This document shows, in pieces, positions 36,807 to 48,156 of a DNA stretch of 52,559 nucleotides. The DNA lies in NCBI RefSeq assembly GCF_001194135.2, contig NC_068986.1, positions 99,478,829 through 99,531,387 of the forward strand, written 5' to 3'. Source of the DNA: Octopus bimaculoides. Lineage: Eukaryota. Position 1 is the first letter of the stretch. The number at the start of each line of letters is the position of its first letter. Under the pieces are notes generated by a model. That model worked only from the letters and a program-made list of their open reading frames with translations. It searched no databases and had not been told where the DNA came from. The position numbers were made by a program, and so were the translations under genes.

Positions 36807-38461
36807 AATGATAAGGTAGTCAGAATGTTGGATGGTTATATATACATTTTATTTATTTATTTATTTACATCTTATCTACATTTTTAGCGCTTTCTTCCGT
36901 TATCGGATTTATCAAAAAATGGTTCAAATTTAGATTTCTTGGCCTTTTTATAAAGAATTTTCTGAGGATTGCCAAGCAAGGGAGAAGAAATAGGAAAGAA
37001 ATGTGTCGTGTGTGGATGTGTGCACAAATATGAACATGTACATATATAGATGTCTTTGAGTGTGTGTGCATATTATATATATATGATGGGCTTCTTTCAA
37101 TTTCTGTCTACTAAATCCACCCACAAGGCTTTGGTTGTCCTGAGACTATAATAGAAGACACTTGCCGATTCTTTGTGGTTTCCGTCACTGTTTACAATTA
37201 TCTTAAAAAAATAATATGTATGATATAGATGTAATTTTTGACGCTGAATCCGAATTTGTTTTTCATTTGTTCCAGCAAAAGTTTATTATTAAAGGTATTC
37301 AAAGTTTGATAATTTTTCAGAATTTTCAGCCAATCAGAAAACAATGCGTTCGCTGTTTCTTCTATCGTCTGTCACAAAAGCGAGAAAGGTGGGAGGGGGT
37401 ATCGGTATGTCAAAGCATTAAACTAGCTTCAGTAAACAGGGAAAAACATTAAGATTCGCGAGCAAATCAAACACTTAAATGTTACGAATAAGCCAACAAG
37501 AATTGCTAGAAATAATAGTCAAAACATTAAAATATACACGAGCAAAGTAAACAGTAAAAAACATTGAAACATTCGCGAGCAAATTAAAGATTTAAAGCTA
37601 CGAGCAAAACAACAGGAGTTGCTAGAATGAAGAGTCGAAGCATTGCTTAAACCAGAGACATTTATTAGTTAAAAAATTCAAGAACGAAAGTTTGTATAAC
37701 ACTCTAGGATTGTATAAGTATAATTGTATTTCTCATATTTCTCCATATAAATTCACAAAGATAAGAGTCAACAGGCGTTTGTTTCCACGCTTTTAAGATG
37801 CCCAGGTACTCTCAATTTGTTGATTACACACCTTGTGCGCATGTGCAACATCTTGGGTTACTATAGAAACAGAGTTTTTCGCCACGGTGATGTGTAAAAT
37901 ACTCGCTATTTTCTTATTTTTAGTGTTATTTTTATCGAGTCCTAGGACTCGTAAGACCGGTTATCCGGTTTTCACGAATTATAAACGATCAAGATCATAA
38001 CATTTCCTCTGAACTGGATGCCGGTCCGATGCAGGATTAAAGACTAGCAAATTGAAACAGTACTTCATTGGTACTTTATTTTAACGACCCCCGAAGAGAT
38101 GAAACGTAATGTTGACTGTGGTGGGATAAAGAAACAAAAGAAATGTCGCAAAGCATCCCATATTAATGCTTCTAAGATTTTCCCTTATTAATATCTATTC
38201 CACTCTTTTTCACTGGAAACGTAACTGTTTATGTGTAACTATATCTATTTCAACGGCCATGACATTTTCGCTGACATTTCTACCGGACCCTCGTAGATAA
38301 ATAATGAGGATGGAGCAACGAAGAAGCTTATCGTGTATCCAGGTTAAACAGGTTTGGATTTGTATCATTACGACATAACTAAAATTTCAGAGATGCGACC
38401 TTTACGCTTTTCTCTTTTATGTCGAAACTGATACTCTCCTATGTGGTTCACACAGTCATAG

Positions 38462-38534
<73 letters not shown>

Positions 38535-39097
38535 NNNNNNNNNNNNNNNNNNNNNNNNNNNNNNNNNNNNNNNNNNNNNNNNNNNNNNNNNNNNNNNNNN
38601 NNNNNNNNNNNNNNNNNNNNNNNNNNNNNNNNNNNNNNNNNNNNNNNNNNNNNNNNNNNNNNNNNNNNNNNNNNNNNNNNNNNNNNNNNNNNNNNNNNNN
38701 NNNNNNNNNNNNNNNNNNNNNNNNNNNNNNNNNNNNNNNNNNNNNNNNNNNNNNNNNNNNNNNNNNNNNNNNNNNNNNNNNNNNNNNNNNNNNNNNNNNN
38801 NNNNNNNNNNNNNNNNNNNNNNNNNNNNNNNNNNNNNNNNNNNNNNNNNNNNNNNNNNNNNNNNNNNNNNNNNNNNNNNNNNNNNNNNNNNNNNNNNNNN
38901 NNNNNNNNNNNNNNNNNNNNNNNNNNNNNNNNNNNNNNNNNNNNNNNNNNNNNNNNNNNNNNNNNNNNNNNNNNNNNNNNNNNNNNNNNNNNNNNNNNNN
39001 NNNNNNNNNNNNNNNNNNNNNNNNNNNNNNNNNNNNNNNNNNNNNNNNNNNNNNNNNNNNNNNNNNNNNNNNNNNNNNNNNNNNNNNNNNNNNNNNN

Positions 39098-39138
<41 letters not shown>

Positions 39139-39150
39139 CATACATATATA

Positions 39151-39309
39151 CGAGGGGCTTCTTTCAGTTTCCATCTACCAAATCCACTCACAAGGCTTTG
39201 GAACGGCCCGAGGCTATAGTAGAAGACACTCGCCCAAGGTGCAACGCAGTGGGACTGAACCCGGAGCCATGTGGTTCGTAAGCAAGCTACTTACCACACA
39301 GCCACTCCT
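39151..39309 (-). mobile_element. CORE-type SINE 5' half, running into (TA)/(CA)n and an N-gap
   Basis: Reverse complement of the 15325 head through GAAGCCC. Confidence 0.9.
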
Positions 39310-39370
39310 CTGAGTAAATCCATTGTTCTTGTGTTTGTTTTATTTTCTTTACTGGCATGTTTTGGATATT

Positions 39371-40264
39371 CGAGGTCTGATCATTAAGTATCCAGACTGT
39401 TGCCATAGTAACGAACCTAAAGCACGCAGAGTAACGCCACTTGACACAGATTGACCTTGATCTCTACTGTGTATGCGCTTTAAGTTTCAACGTACTGGCT
39501 AACTTACGCTGTTTACAGAAGTGCTTGGAAGGAACGTGTGTAGCGTTTGATCGTCGCATTGACCATCACAGTGCAAGTTGTCATGGCGACACCTGCTTAG
39601 AGGTATACACAAAGTTATAGAAAATACATGGAGAAGAGTGTATGAGTCACACACAAGTGAACGAGTGGTTCAGACGTTTCCAAAATGGCCGAAAATATGT
39701 CGATATTGACGAACGTTCTGAGAGATCCGCAACCAGTAGAACTAAGAAAACAAGTGCATCCAGCGGTGAGGGGAAATCCTCGAATTACCATATGTGAGTT
39801 ATCAGAAGATGTGCAGATTAGTTACGGTTCAGTTCCGTCCATTATCACTGACGGTTTGTGTATGAGACGCATGTCTGCGAAGTTTGTGCCAAAAACTCCT
39901 TTCAGCTGACCAAAAAGATATTCGGGTTTCATGTGCACAAGATTGTGTCGAGAATGATTGTGTCGAGAACGATAAAAACTGTTTGAAAACTTTGCATAGG
40001 CCTCTGATCAGGTATCGACAAGCTTTTGGTAAAATTTGATGCAGATTCTCTGCACAACTTTCCCTGTCACGGTCACTTCGACGATCACACGCTACACACG
40101 TTCCTTCTAAGCACTGCTGTAAACAGCAGAAGGGAGCTAGAACGTTAAAATTTAGTGCGCATGCATAGTATAGTTCAAGGTCAATCTGTGCCAAGCGGCT
40201 TCACTCTCTGTGCCTCAGCTTCGTGATTATAGCAACAGTCTAGATACTTATTGATCAGACCACG
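39371..40264. mobile_element. Mariner derivative made of two convergent 5' ends
   Basis: Ends CGAGGTCTGATCA / TGATCAGACCACG. The plus strand encodes N-terminal transposase pieces (EWFRRFQNGR, MSAKFVPK) up to ~39994; the minus strand encodes QRICIKFYQKL. Confidence 0.88.
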
Positions 40265-41029
40265 TTGATTGTCTTCAAATATGTACTCTGTCTTATTTGT
40301 ACCCCTGTTAATAGCTTGTTCTGAAAAGCAGGAATATAATCTAATATCAGAGACACATTGTCGACGATTATTATTTAGATTAATAAGTAATCTGAGACAC
40401 TATTTTCTATTTGTTGTTGCCGATGTTACTGTCCGACCCAGATTATACCCTGATCAATTAAACATTTAATCTAAAGTACTAAAGACGTGGACATTCCATC
40501 CTTATCTTAGACAAAGTATATCTTGGGCAATATTATATGATCTTATTTTAAAGAGTCTGAGGTGAAGGATATTTGGAGATTATTTCTAGCATGCTGAATG
40601 ACCTCTTACAAGTCTCCTGGTAGGCTCACTCGATTATTGATGCCTGTTGTCGTTAATGATATTTATCGACCAATCAAACCTCAACGTTAAGAACTATAAT
40701 CAATGTCGGTCGAGTCCAGAATATCTCCTCTTATTCATTTGAGGAACAATATGCAATATGTACTACTTTTACGAGACAGTAATATACAAATTGAGGTTGG
40801 TTTAACTCCCAATTCTCTGGGGGCGTACGGCTCCTCAATTAGTTTTTTGTTAAATTTTGGTTTTATTTCATTTCACCTATTCGACCACAACAGGTTTTAT
40901 ATCAAATATCTCAGTTGAGATAAGGTATTATAGGGCTTGCCGTTTTTCTTTTTGTTTATACACTATTTTTAATACGAATTACGCTGGATAGCAATTTCCT
41001 TTAGAAACAATTGCGAATTTGTAATGTAT

Positions 41030-41720
41030 TTACTCCAAAACAACCGTAACGTTTTGTGTAAAATTAGATCTTATTTAACGGATAATACAAAGTGAACTAG
41101 TTCTGCCAATAGGCAGTTTGTGACATTTTCTAAATCATAACCACAGGTGAGTCTGAGAGATTACCATACTTTCAAATCTGGTAATATTTGTTTGAATAAG
41201 TAAAAAAATCATTGTTTGAATAAGTAAAAAATAAAATAACAACAAATAAATCGTTTTAAGTTATAAATATTCAGGCTTAAGAGAAAAAAATCCGGGAAAC
41301 AGCTGCTAGACAACAGATACACGTAGACACATAGATACAAGAAAAAATTCTTTTTATTCAGCTAGACACTGATTTTAATTGCTTTAAATGTTGACGTGAA
41401 TTTTGAAAATTATTTTGTGTTTTTTTAGTTTCACTTTAAATCAAAGTTTGTCCTTCATTTTTATAATATATAATCATCCTTCGTCTGTCTTTACGTACCG
41501 AGTTCAAATCCTACTGAGATCGACTTTGCCTTTCGTCCTTTCGGGGTCGATCAATTAAGTACCAGTTGCGTACTGGGGTCGATATAATCGACTGGCCCTT
41601 TCCCCCAAAATTTCGGGCCTTGTGTCTAGAATAGAAAAGAATATAAAATCATCTTTTATAAAAGCAAGACATTGAAACAAGGATAAGTTTGTAGCAGTCT
41701 AAAAATTTTCTTGTTGTTAG
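41030..41720 (+). repeat. Diverged duplicate segment, copy 2 (interrupted by a SINE at 41478-41640)
   Basis: See copy 1 at 35560. Confidence 0.82.
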
Positions 41721-41847
41721 CATTGAAGACGTATGTTCCACATTAAGACACACTTGATCGAATCACATCGAATAATCATTCCAGTCGAATTTTTATAGTC
41801 TTTTAATCCGAGACTGAATTTGGTCTCAGAATATAAAAAGACTAGGC

Positions 41848-42178
41848 GGCGAGCTGGCAGAAACGTTAGTACGCCAAGGGTCGATAAATTAAGTACCAGT
41901 TACGCACTGGGGTCGATGTAATCGACTTAATCCCTTTGTCTGTCCTTGTTTATCTCCTCTGTGTTTATCCCCTTGTGAGCAATAAAGAGATAAGAAACGT
42001 TAGCACACCGGGCGAAATGCTTAGCAGTATTTCGTCTGTCTTTACGTTCTGAGTTCAAATTCCGCCCTTCATCCTTTCGGGATCCATAAGTTAAGTATCA
42101 ATTGCATACTGGGGTCGATCTAATTGACTGGCCCCCTCCCCCAAAATTCCGGGCCTTCTACCTTCAGTAGAAAAGAAT
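41848..42178 (+). mobile_element. Nested Nin/Deu-like SINEs
   Basis: The head motif AGAAACGTTAG(T/C)AC(G/A)CC occurs twice, around an internally deleted copy carrying the variant tail. Confidence 0.82.
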
Positions 42179-42289
42179 ATAAAGAGCCAGAAAAAATACA
42201 ACCAGACAACTTTCGACGTTTTAGCGACTCTGATAACCCCTAAAATCATTTCGAATTTAGCCACAACGTCAGCAACTTTGCAGGAGGTG

Positions 42290-42915
42290 GTTACATGATT
42301 AAATCAACCCCAGTAATTGCCTGGTGTTCTATATTATCTATGCCGAAGGACTGAAAGGCAAAGTTGATTTCATCAGTATTTGAACCCGGAACATAAAAAA
42401 AAAACCGGAGGAAAGGCCGCTAAGCAGCTTATCCGACGCTCTAACAGTTCTATCAACACGCCGCCTTAATAATCCTTTCTACAATAGGCACAAGACCTGA
42501 AGTTTTGTGGGAGGGAGGTAGTCAATTACACCGACCCCAGTACTCAAGTGGTACTTAGTTTATAGGCCCTGAAAAGGACGAAAGGCAAAGTCGATCTCGG
42601 CGGAGTTTGAAATCAGAACGAAAACACGAACGAAATGCCGCTGAGCATCTTGGCTGTCGTGCTAACGATTCAGTTACCACACCGTCTTACTCGCCGTCTT
42701 AATAATCATGGTTTGAAATTTAGGTACAAGGCCAGAAAGTTCAGGGTGGTAGGACACAATAAATTACATTGACCCCAGTGCTCAACTGGTACTTATTTTA
42801 TCGGCCGCGAAAGGATGAAAGGCAAAGTAGATCTCGGCGGAATTTGTTGTCGATACACGAAACCAGAAAAAATTCCGCAAAACATCTTGCCCGGCATACT
42901 AACAATTCCACTAGT
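42290..42915 (-). mobile_element. Three tandem Nin/Deu-like SINE copies
   Basis: Repeated GAAAGGCAAAG and CTAAGCA/CTGAGCA motifs at about 42290-42470, 42475-42690 and 42710-42915. Confidence 0.85.
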
Positions 42916-43151
42916 TTCCACCACCACCACTTTGCATTTTCCTGTATCTCATCGGAAGTTAGTGACTAGTAAAGAAATTGTAATTTTGCATTTCATTTGC
43001 CAGAGCTTGCGATTTCACTTCCTCCGGCTAATTCTGTAAGCTACTGTCGAGGTTCTCACAAGGTCTTCTTCCAACATATTTAACATCCGGGTACCAGTCT
43101 CATATATTTTACCCCAGTATCACTTTGATGGCATGCACTGCTCTCTCACTC

Positions 43152-43184
<33 letters not shown>

Positions 43185-43204
43185 CTTTTCTACTGTAGAC
43201 ACAA

Positions 43205-43660
43205 GGTGAATGCTACCACAATTCTTGCCTTCAGTTCAACTTTGGTGTTACAAGAGGTTTTGTTGGTCTCTTGCTGAACTGTGTCCCACACTTAATAGTC
43301 AAGGGGGTTGCAGTCTGGGGAGTTAGTTGGCCAGATGTTAGGGGTGATGTGGTCACAGAAATTCTCTGACAGTCATGACTACCTTCTCCTGCTTGTGTGG
43401 CATGATGCAGAATCCTGTTGCTAAACATCAGGTCTTCCAGCAGCCACCCACTTTACCCCGGGCAACACTACCTCCTCCAGAAATTTGATGTAGGCCTCCG
43501 TGTTGAGTGTCACCGTTTGAGAAGTTGAATGGAGGAATAACGTCTCCATCATTAGTGATCACTCCAAACACCATGATGTTGACTTTTATCATTCGGTATT
43601 TGTTTTGGCGACACGGCAAGCCAACAGTTGTTCTGTGTGTTCACCATCTGTTTGTGTTGG
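43205..43660 (-). pseudogene. DD37D (maT-type) transposase fragment
   Basis: VNIMVFGVITNDGDVIPPF...QQDSASCH...WPTNSPDCNPLDY. D-to-D spacing is 37; internal stops. Confidence 0.92.
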
Positions 43661-45050
43661 AGCTTTCGGTGTGAATGTCAAGCAGTATAGCATGTCGTTT
43701 CCAAATTTCTGGTAGAGTAAATTGCGTCATAGTGCTATTATTCTAACAGACGGTGCCCAACGGATCCTACTAGACTGTGTAATCGCCAAAAATCCAAAAG
43801 AAACAATGCGCATGCGCGAAATAAAAATATAAAATGGCGAAAATATACATGCACACACACATACACACATATATATGTGTGTGTATGTGTGTGCGCGCGT
43901 GTGTGTGTGCGTAATGTATTATGTAATTTACATGTGTGTGCGCGTATAGAATATCGTGTGCCAAAGTTTGCCAAGGTGTTTCCGTTAGAACAAATTTTAC
44001 CAAGCTTAACGATTAAGATTCAGTTGGTACATTTTTAAATATAGAAAATATTTATTCGATAATGAAACTCAAGTGGAGTTTAATGTAAAATGAATTGACA
44101 GTTAAATTTCCTAATAAGAATGAATATTTTTAAATTTGTAAAGGAGGAAAATTTGTAATAATGTATTAATTTTGCAATTATTAAAGTTTATATTACCGAA
44201 ACGAACTAGCAGTTGAGGTGTTGGTGTTTGTAGTGTGACAGATAGAAAGACAATTAAAAAGAAGAGATAAGCTAATTAGAAAATGAAAATGGGTGACTGT
44301 CAGAGATTCGTGTACTTGAAACTGGTTAAAAATATTATACGCTTAAATAGATGTTTGTGAGATGAAGACAGTAAAATTTATTTGTGAAAAGTAGATAGAA
44401 GCATATGAAATAATATAGCTCCTAGGAAGTGAACACTGAGAAACGTTGCTGGTGAAGGCACAAGAAGAAGTTATTTTCGTAGGAACTAATTTTGTTGTTG
44501 AAGAAAATAAAACGTTAGAGGCAGGCAGAAATAATATGGAAATTTTAGAAAAAGATAAGAAATTGCGTGAAAAGAAATTGCATGAAGTTTAGATATTAAA
44601 TTAAAGCGAAGGTTTGTCAGAAGGTTCGTGTTTGAAAAGTGTTTTTTTTTATATACTGTATAAGCAGAGGCAAAGAAATATGAAACTTATGAGAGAAACT
44701 AAATATAGTTAAATAAGTTTACAAAGTGTGAAAGGCAAACAAATAAATACATGTTGGTAAGCAGTTAAAAAAAAAAAATATAGCTTCACACTCTTTTCAT
44801 CTCGTCAGTTTTTTATTAGTTTATTAGTTTAAGCGAGGAAGTGACAGAGCTTAGTTGTTTTTTTTTTTGAAGAAAGAATTAATGCAATAACAAAAGAGAG
44901 ACAGTTTGTAAAAGTTTGATAGATCAAGATGGTAAAGTTCAGACATTACCGAAAGTAAATATGTTTTTCTGGGATTAGGAAACAAACAAAAAAAAAAAAT
45001 GTTAACAACATTGGAAAAGTGTCATAACTAGATCGGTATGTGGTTATTAG

Positions 45051-45135
<85 letters not shown>

Positions 45136-45192
45136 TAACGATGATGGTACTACTACTACTACTACTAATAATAATAATAATGATAATAACAA

Positions 45193-45397
45193 TACTAGTG
45201 GAAGCACAAGGCCTCACATTTGAGGGAAGGGATTAAGTCGATTATATCGACCACAGTGCGTAACTGGTACTTACTTTATCGATCCCAAAAGAATTAAAGG
45301 CAAAGAGGACCCCAGTAGCATTTTAACTCAAAATGTGAAGACAGACGAAATACCATTAGGCATTTCGCTCGCCGCCTTAATAATAATAATAATAATG

Positions 45398-45462
<65 letters not shown>

Positions 45463-45689
45463 CCTTTCTACTGTAGGCACAAGGCCTGAAATTTCGTAGA
45501 GGGAATAATCGATTACATCGAAACCGGTACACAACTGATACTTATTTTATTGACCCCGAAAGGATGAAAGGTAAAGTTAACCTCGGCAGAATTTGAACTC
45601 AGAACGTAAAAACGGACAAAATGCTTAGCGGCATTTCGTCCAGCATGCTCACGGTTCCTCCAGATCGCCGCCCTAAATGATAATAATAA

Positions 45690-45759
<70 letters not shown>

Positions 45760-45985
45760 TAAACAACAACAATAATACTTTCTACTATAGACACAAGACA
45801 AGAAAGTTCGGGAGAAGAGGTAAGTCGATTAAACTGACTTCAGTGCACGACTGGTATTTATTTTATCAACCTCGAAAGGATAAAAGACAGCCCCAGTGGA
45901 ATTTGAACTCAGACAAAAACACGAACGAAATGCCGTTAAGTATATCTTACCTGGCATATTAACGATTCTGTCAGCACGCCATCCT
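45193..45985 (-). mobile_element. Three Nin/Deu-like SINEs separated by long (AAT)n tracts
   Basis: Copies at about 45193-45378, 45462-45674 and 45778-45985, with (AAT)n at 45050-45190, 45378-45461 and 45675-45770. Confidence 0.9.
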
Positions 45986-46652
45986 AACATCAACAACAAC
46001 AACAGCAGCAGCAGCGACAAAATAGTAGTAGTTGTAATATTAATAGTTTAGTTCTTACGTCATATAAACAACATATCTTTTCGACTTAAGATATGAAGTA
46101 AGCTAAATAAAGGCAAGTCGTAAACGAGGAATAATTGACACATAACGATAATGAACAAAGGCAAAGTTGTAGGAGCATAGATTTATAATTTATGAGGATA
46201 AGAAACTCATAAAGAGGAGAATTAAGAGTTTAAAGAACAGATTAAGCATGGATTAGTAGTGGCGTAGATATTCAGACAAGCAGTAATGGAAATCGTAATA
46301 AGCAATTAGAAGAAAATGAACGAAAAATCAGGTATTGATTTAGGGAATTGAAAGTCTTTAATAGAAGATTATTTAAATCACTTACATTATGAACAAGGAC
46401 GTAAAATGATAGATAAGTAATGTGGCAAAATTTAGCGAAACGGAAGATTGGGCTGGTATATTTTAATTATGATAAGGATGCAAATATATCAACTGTTAAT
46501 GTAACTAAGCAACTGAAGACGTTGATTTGTTTCCTTGTATTGCGTTGCGTAGGTAAATTGCATTTATAATGTAGGCAATTAATCGATGAATTTGGTGGGA
46601 AGTTGGCTAATCATGCGCAACTTCTCTAAGTAACACTTCCCATATTATTATA

Positions 46653-47177
46653 CAGGATGATCGCAAAGTCACGCACCATGGGTGATATCAAGTATGCTTT
46701 ATTGACAATGAAGTAGATTATTAATTGCAAATGTTTAAAGTGTTGGCCATGTAGTTTAGAAGAAGTGTTCATACAGAATTTGAAAGTGCGATGAATTCTT
46801 TCAAATAGTTCAGTGCCGTTGACTTGTTCACACGTTTCAACATTTCTTTGAAGAAGATGTCCTTGGTCACGAATCTTTTCAGAATTCACAAGCGATCTAA
46901 TGTAGCCCCAGAAGAAAAAGTCCATGCGTGTTAAATCTGGTGACCGTGGTGCCCATTCAATTGGTCGCGATGCCCGAGCCATCTCCCTGGAAAATGTTCA
47001 TTTAGAGAACCACGAACCTGTAGTAGATAGTGGAGCGAAATACCATCCTGCTGAAGCCGGATAGGATTTCCCGTTCACGTGAAGCATCTTCTTGTTGCCA
47101 AGCATGTTCAGCGATAAAAGAAAAATGTTAGCAATTTTACATATTGCAGGATAGTGTGTGTCTTTATGGTCATCTTG
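46653..47177 (-). mobile_element. Internally deleted DD41D (rosa/Visitor-type) Tc1/mariner element
   Basis: TA-flanked imperfect TIRs CAGGATGATCGCAAAGTCACGCAC / GTGTGTGTCTTTATGGTCATCTTG. Minus strand QQDG...VR..LNEHFPGRW.G..PIEWAPRSPDLTRMDFFFWG; spacing reconstructs to 41. Confidence 0.88.
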
Positions 47178-47512
47178 TATTTTTCAAACCCCCAAAAGGA
47201 AAAGTAAAAAGAGAATTATAAAGCTCATACCCGTATATTTTGCACAGCACCCACTACTGGAATTTTAAAAAAAATACATTAAATGAAACACAAGTTGTTT
47301 TACAATGAGTGTTTATTCCTATAAAAACATATAGACGGATAATAGAATTATTTTGAAAATTCCGAAAGGCACTTGTTTTGTAAAATAAGTTATTATCAAA
47401 TATAATCAAAGCACATCTTAGAGAGGCACTCTAATGATACATAAAAGTGAATGTATGTGTATTTGTATATAAGTATGTAAGACGATACAGGCGGATAATT
47501 CTCTTTTGTTTA

Positions 47513-47578
<66 letters not shown>

Positions 47579-47586
47579 ACTATCTG

Positions 47587-47804
47587 CCTTATTTCTTTAT
47601 TGCCCACAAGGGGCTAAACACAGAGGGGACAAACAAGGACAGACAAAGGGATTAAGTCGATTACATCGACCCCAGTGCGTAACTGGTATTCAATTTATCG
47701 ACCTCGAAAGGATGAGAGGTAAAGTCGACCTCGGCGGAATTTGACAGACGAAATACCACTATACATTTCGCCCGGCGCGCTAACGTTTCTGCCAGCTTGC
47801 GCCT
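47587..47804 (-). mobile_element. Nin/Deu-like SINE, variant tail (same as 16353), small internal deletion
   Basis: GCCCACAAGGGGCTAAACA tail; TAACTATCT on both flanks (putative TSD). Confidence 0.9.
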
Positions 47805-47977
47805 TAACTATCTAACTATCTATTTGTCTGTCGTCCGTCTGTCTATCTGTGTATATAAATAAATACACACATATTTGTCAACCGAGGAGGGTTATATTAT
47901 ATAAAGGTTATATTACGTAGGTACTCGAAGCTACATGCGCTCAAACTATTAACTTACCGTTTTGTAATTGTATGCTT

Positions 47978-48077
<100 letters not shown>

Positions 48078-48156
48078 ATTAGTGTGTGTGTGCGTAGAAG
48101 GTTGAAAATTAACACACGAGTTGATATGTATAAAAAATATAAGACAAGGAGGCACA

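Larger units (their letters stand above)
36195..37168 (-). mobile_element. CORE-type SINE split by nested insertions (3' half 36195-36420, central fragment 37085-37168)
   Basis: Reverse complements match the two halves of the 15325 copy in the correct order. Confidence 0.7.

Noticed and set aside
8378-39219. ORFs containing X runs
   Set aside because: They span assembly N-gaps and are open only because N codons are not stops.
47881-47935. CCGAGGA-GGGT...ACTC-GAAGC hammerhead-like string
   Set aside because: Two core mismatches and no stem I pairing.
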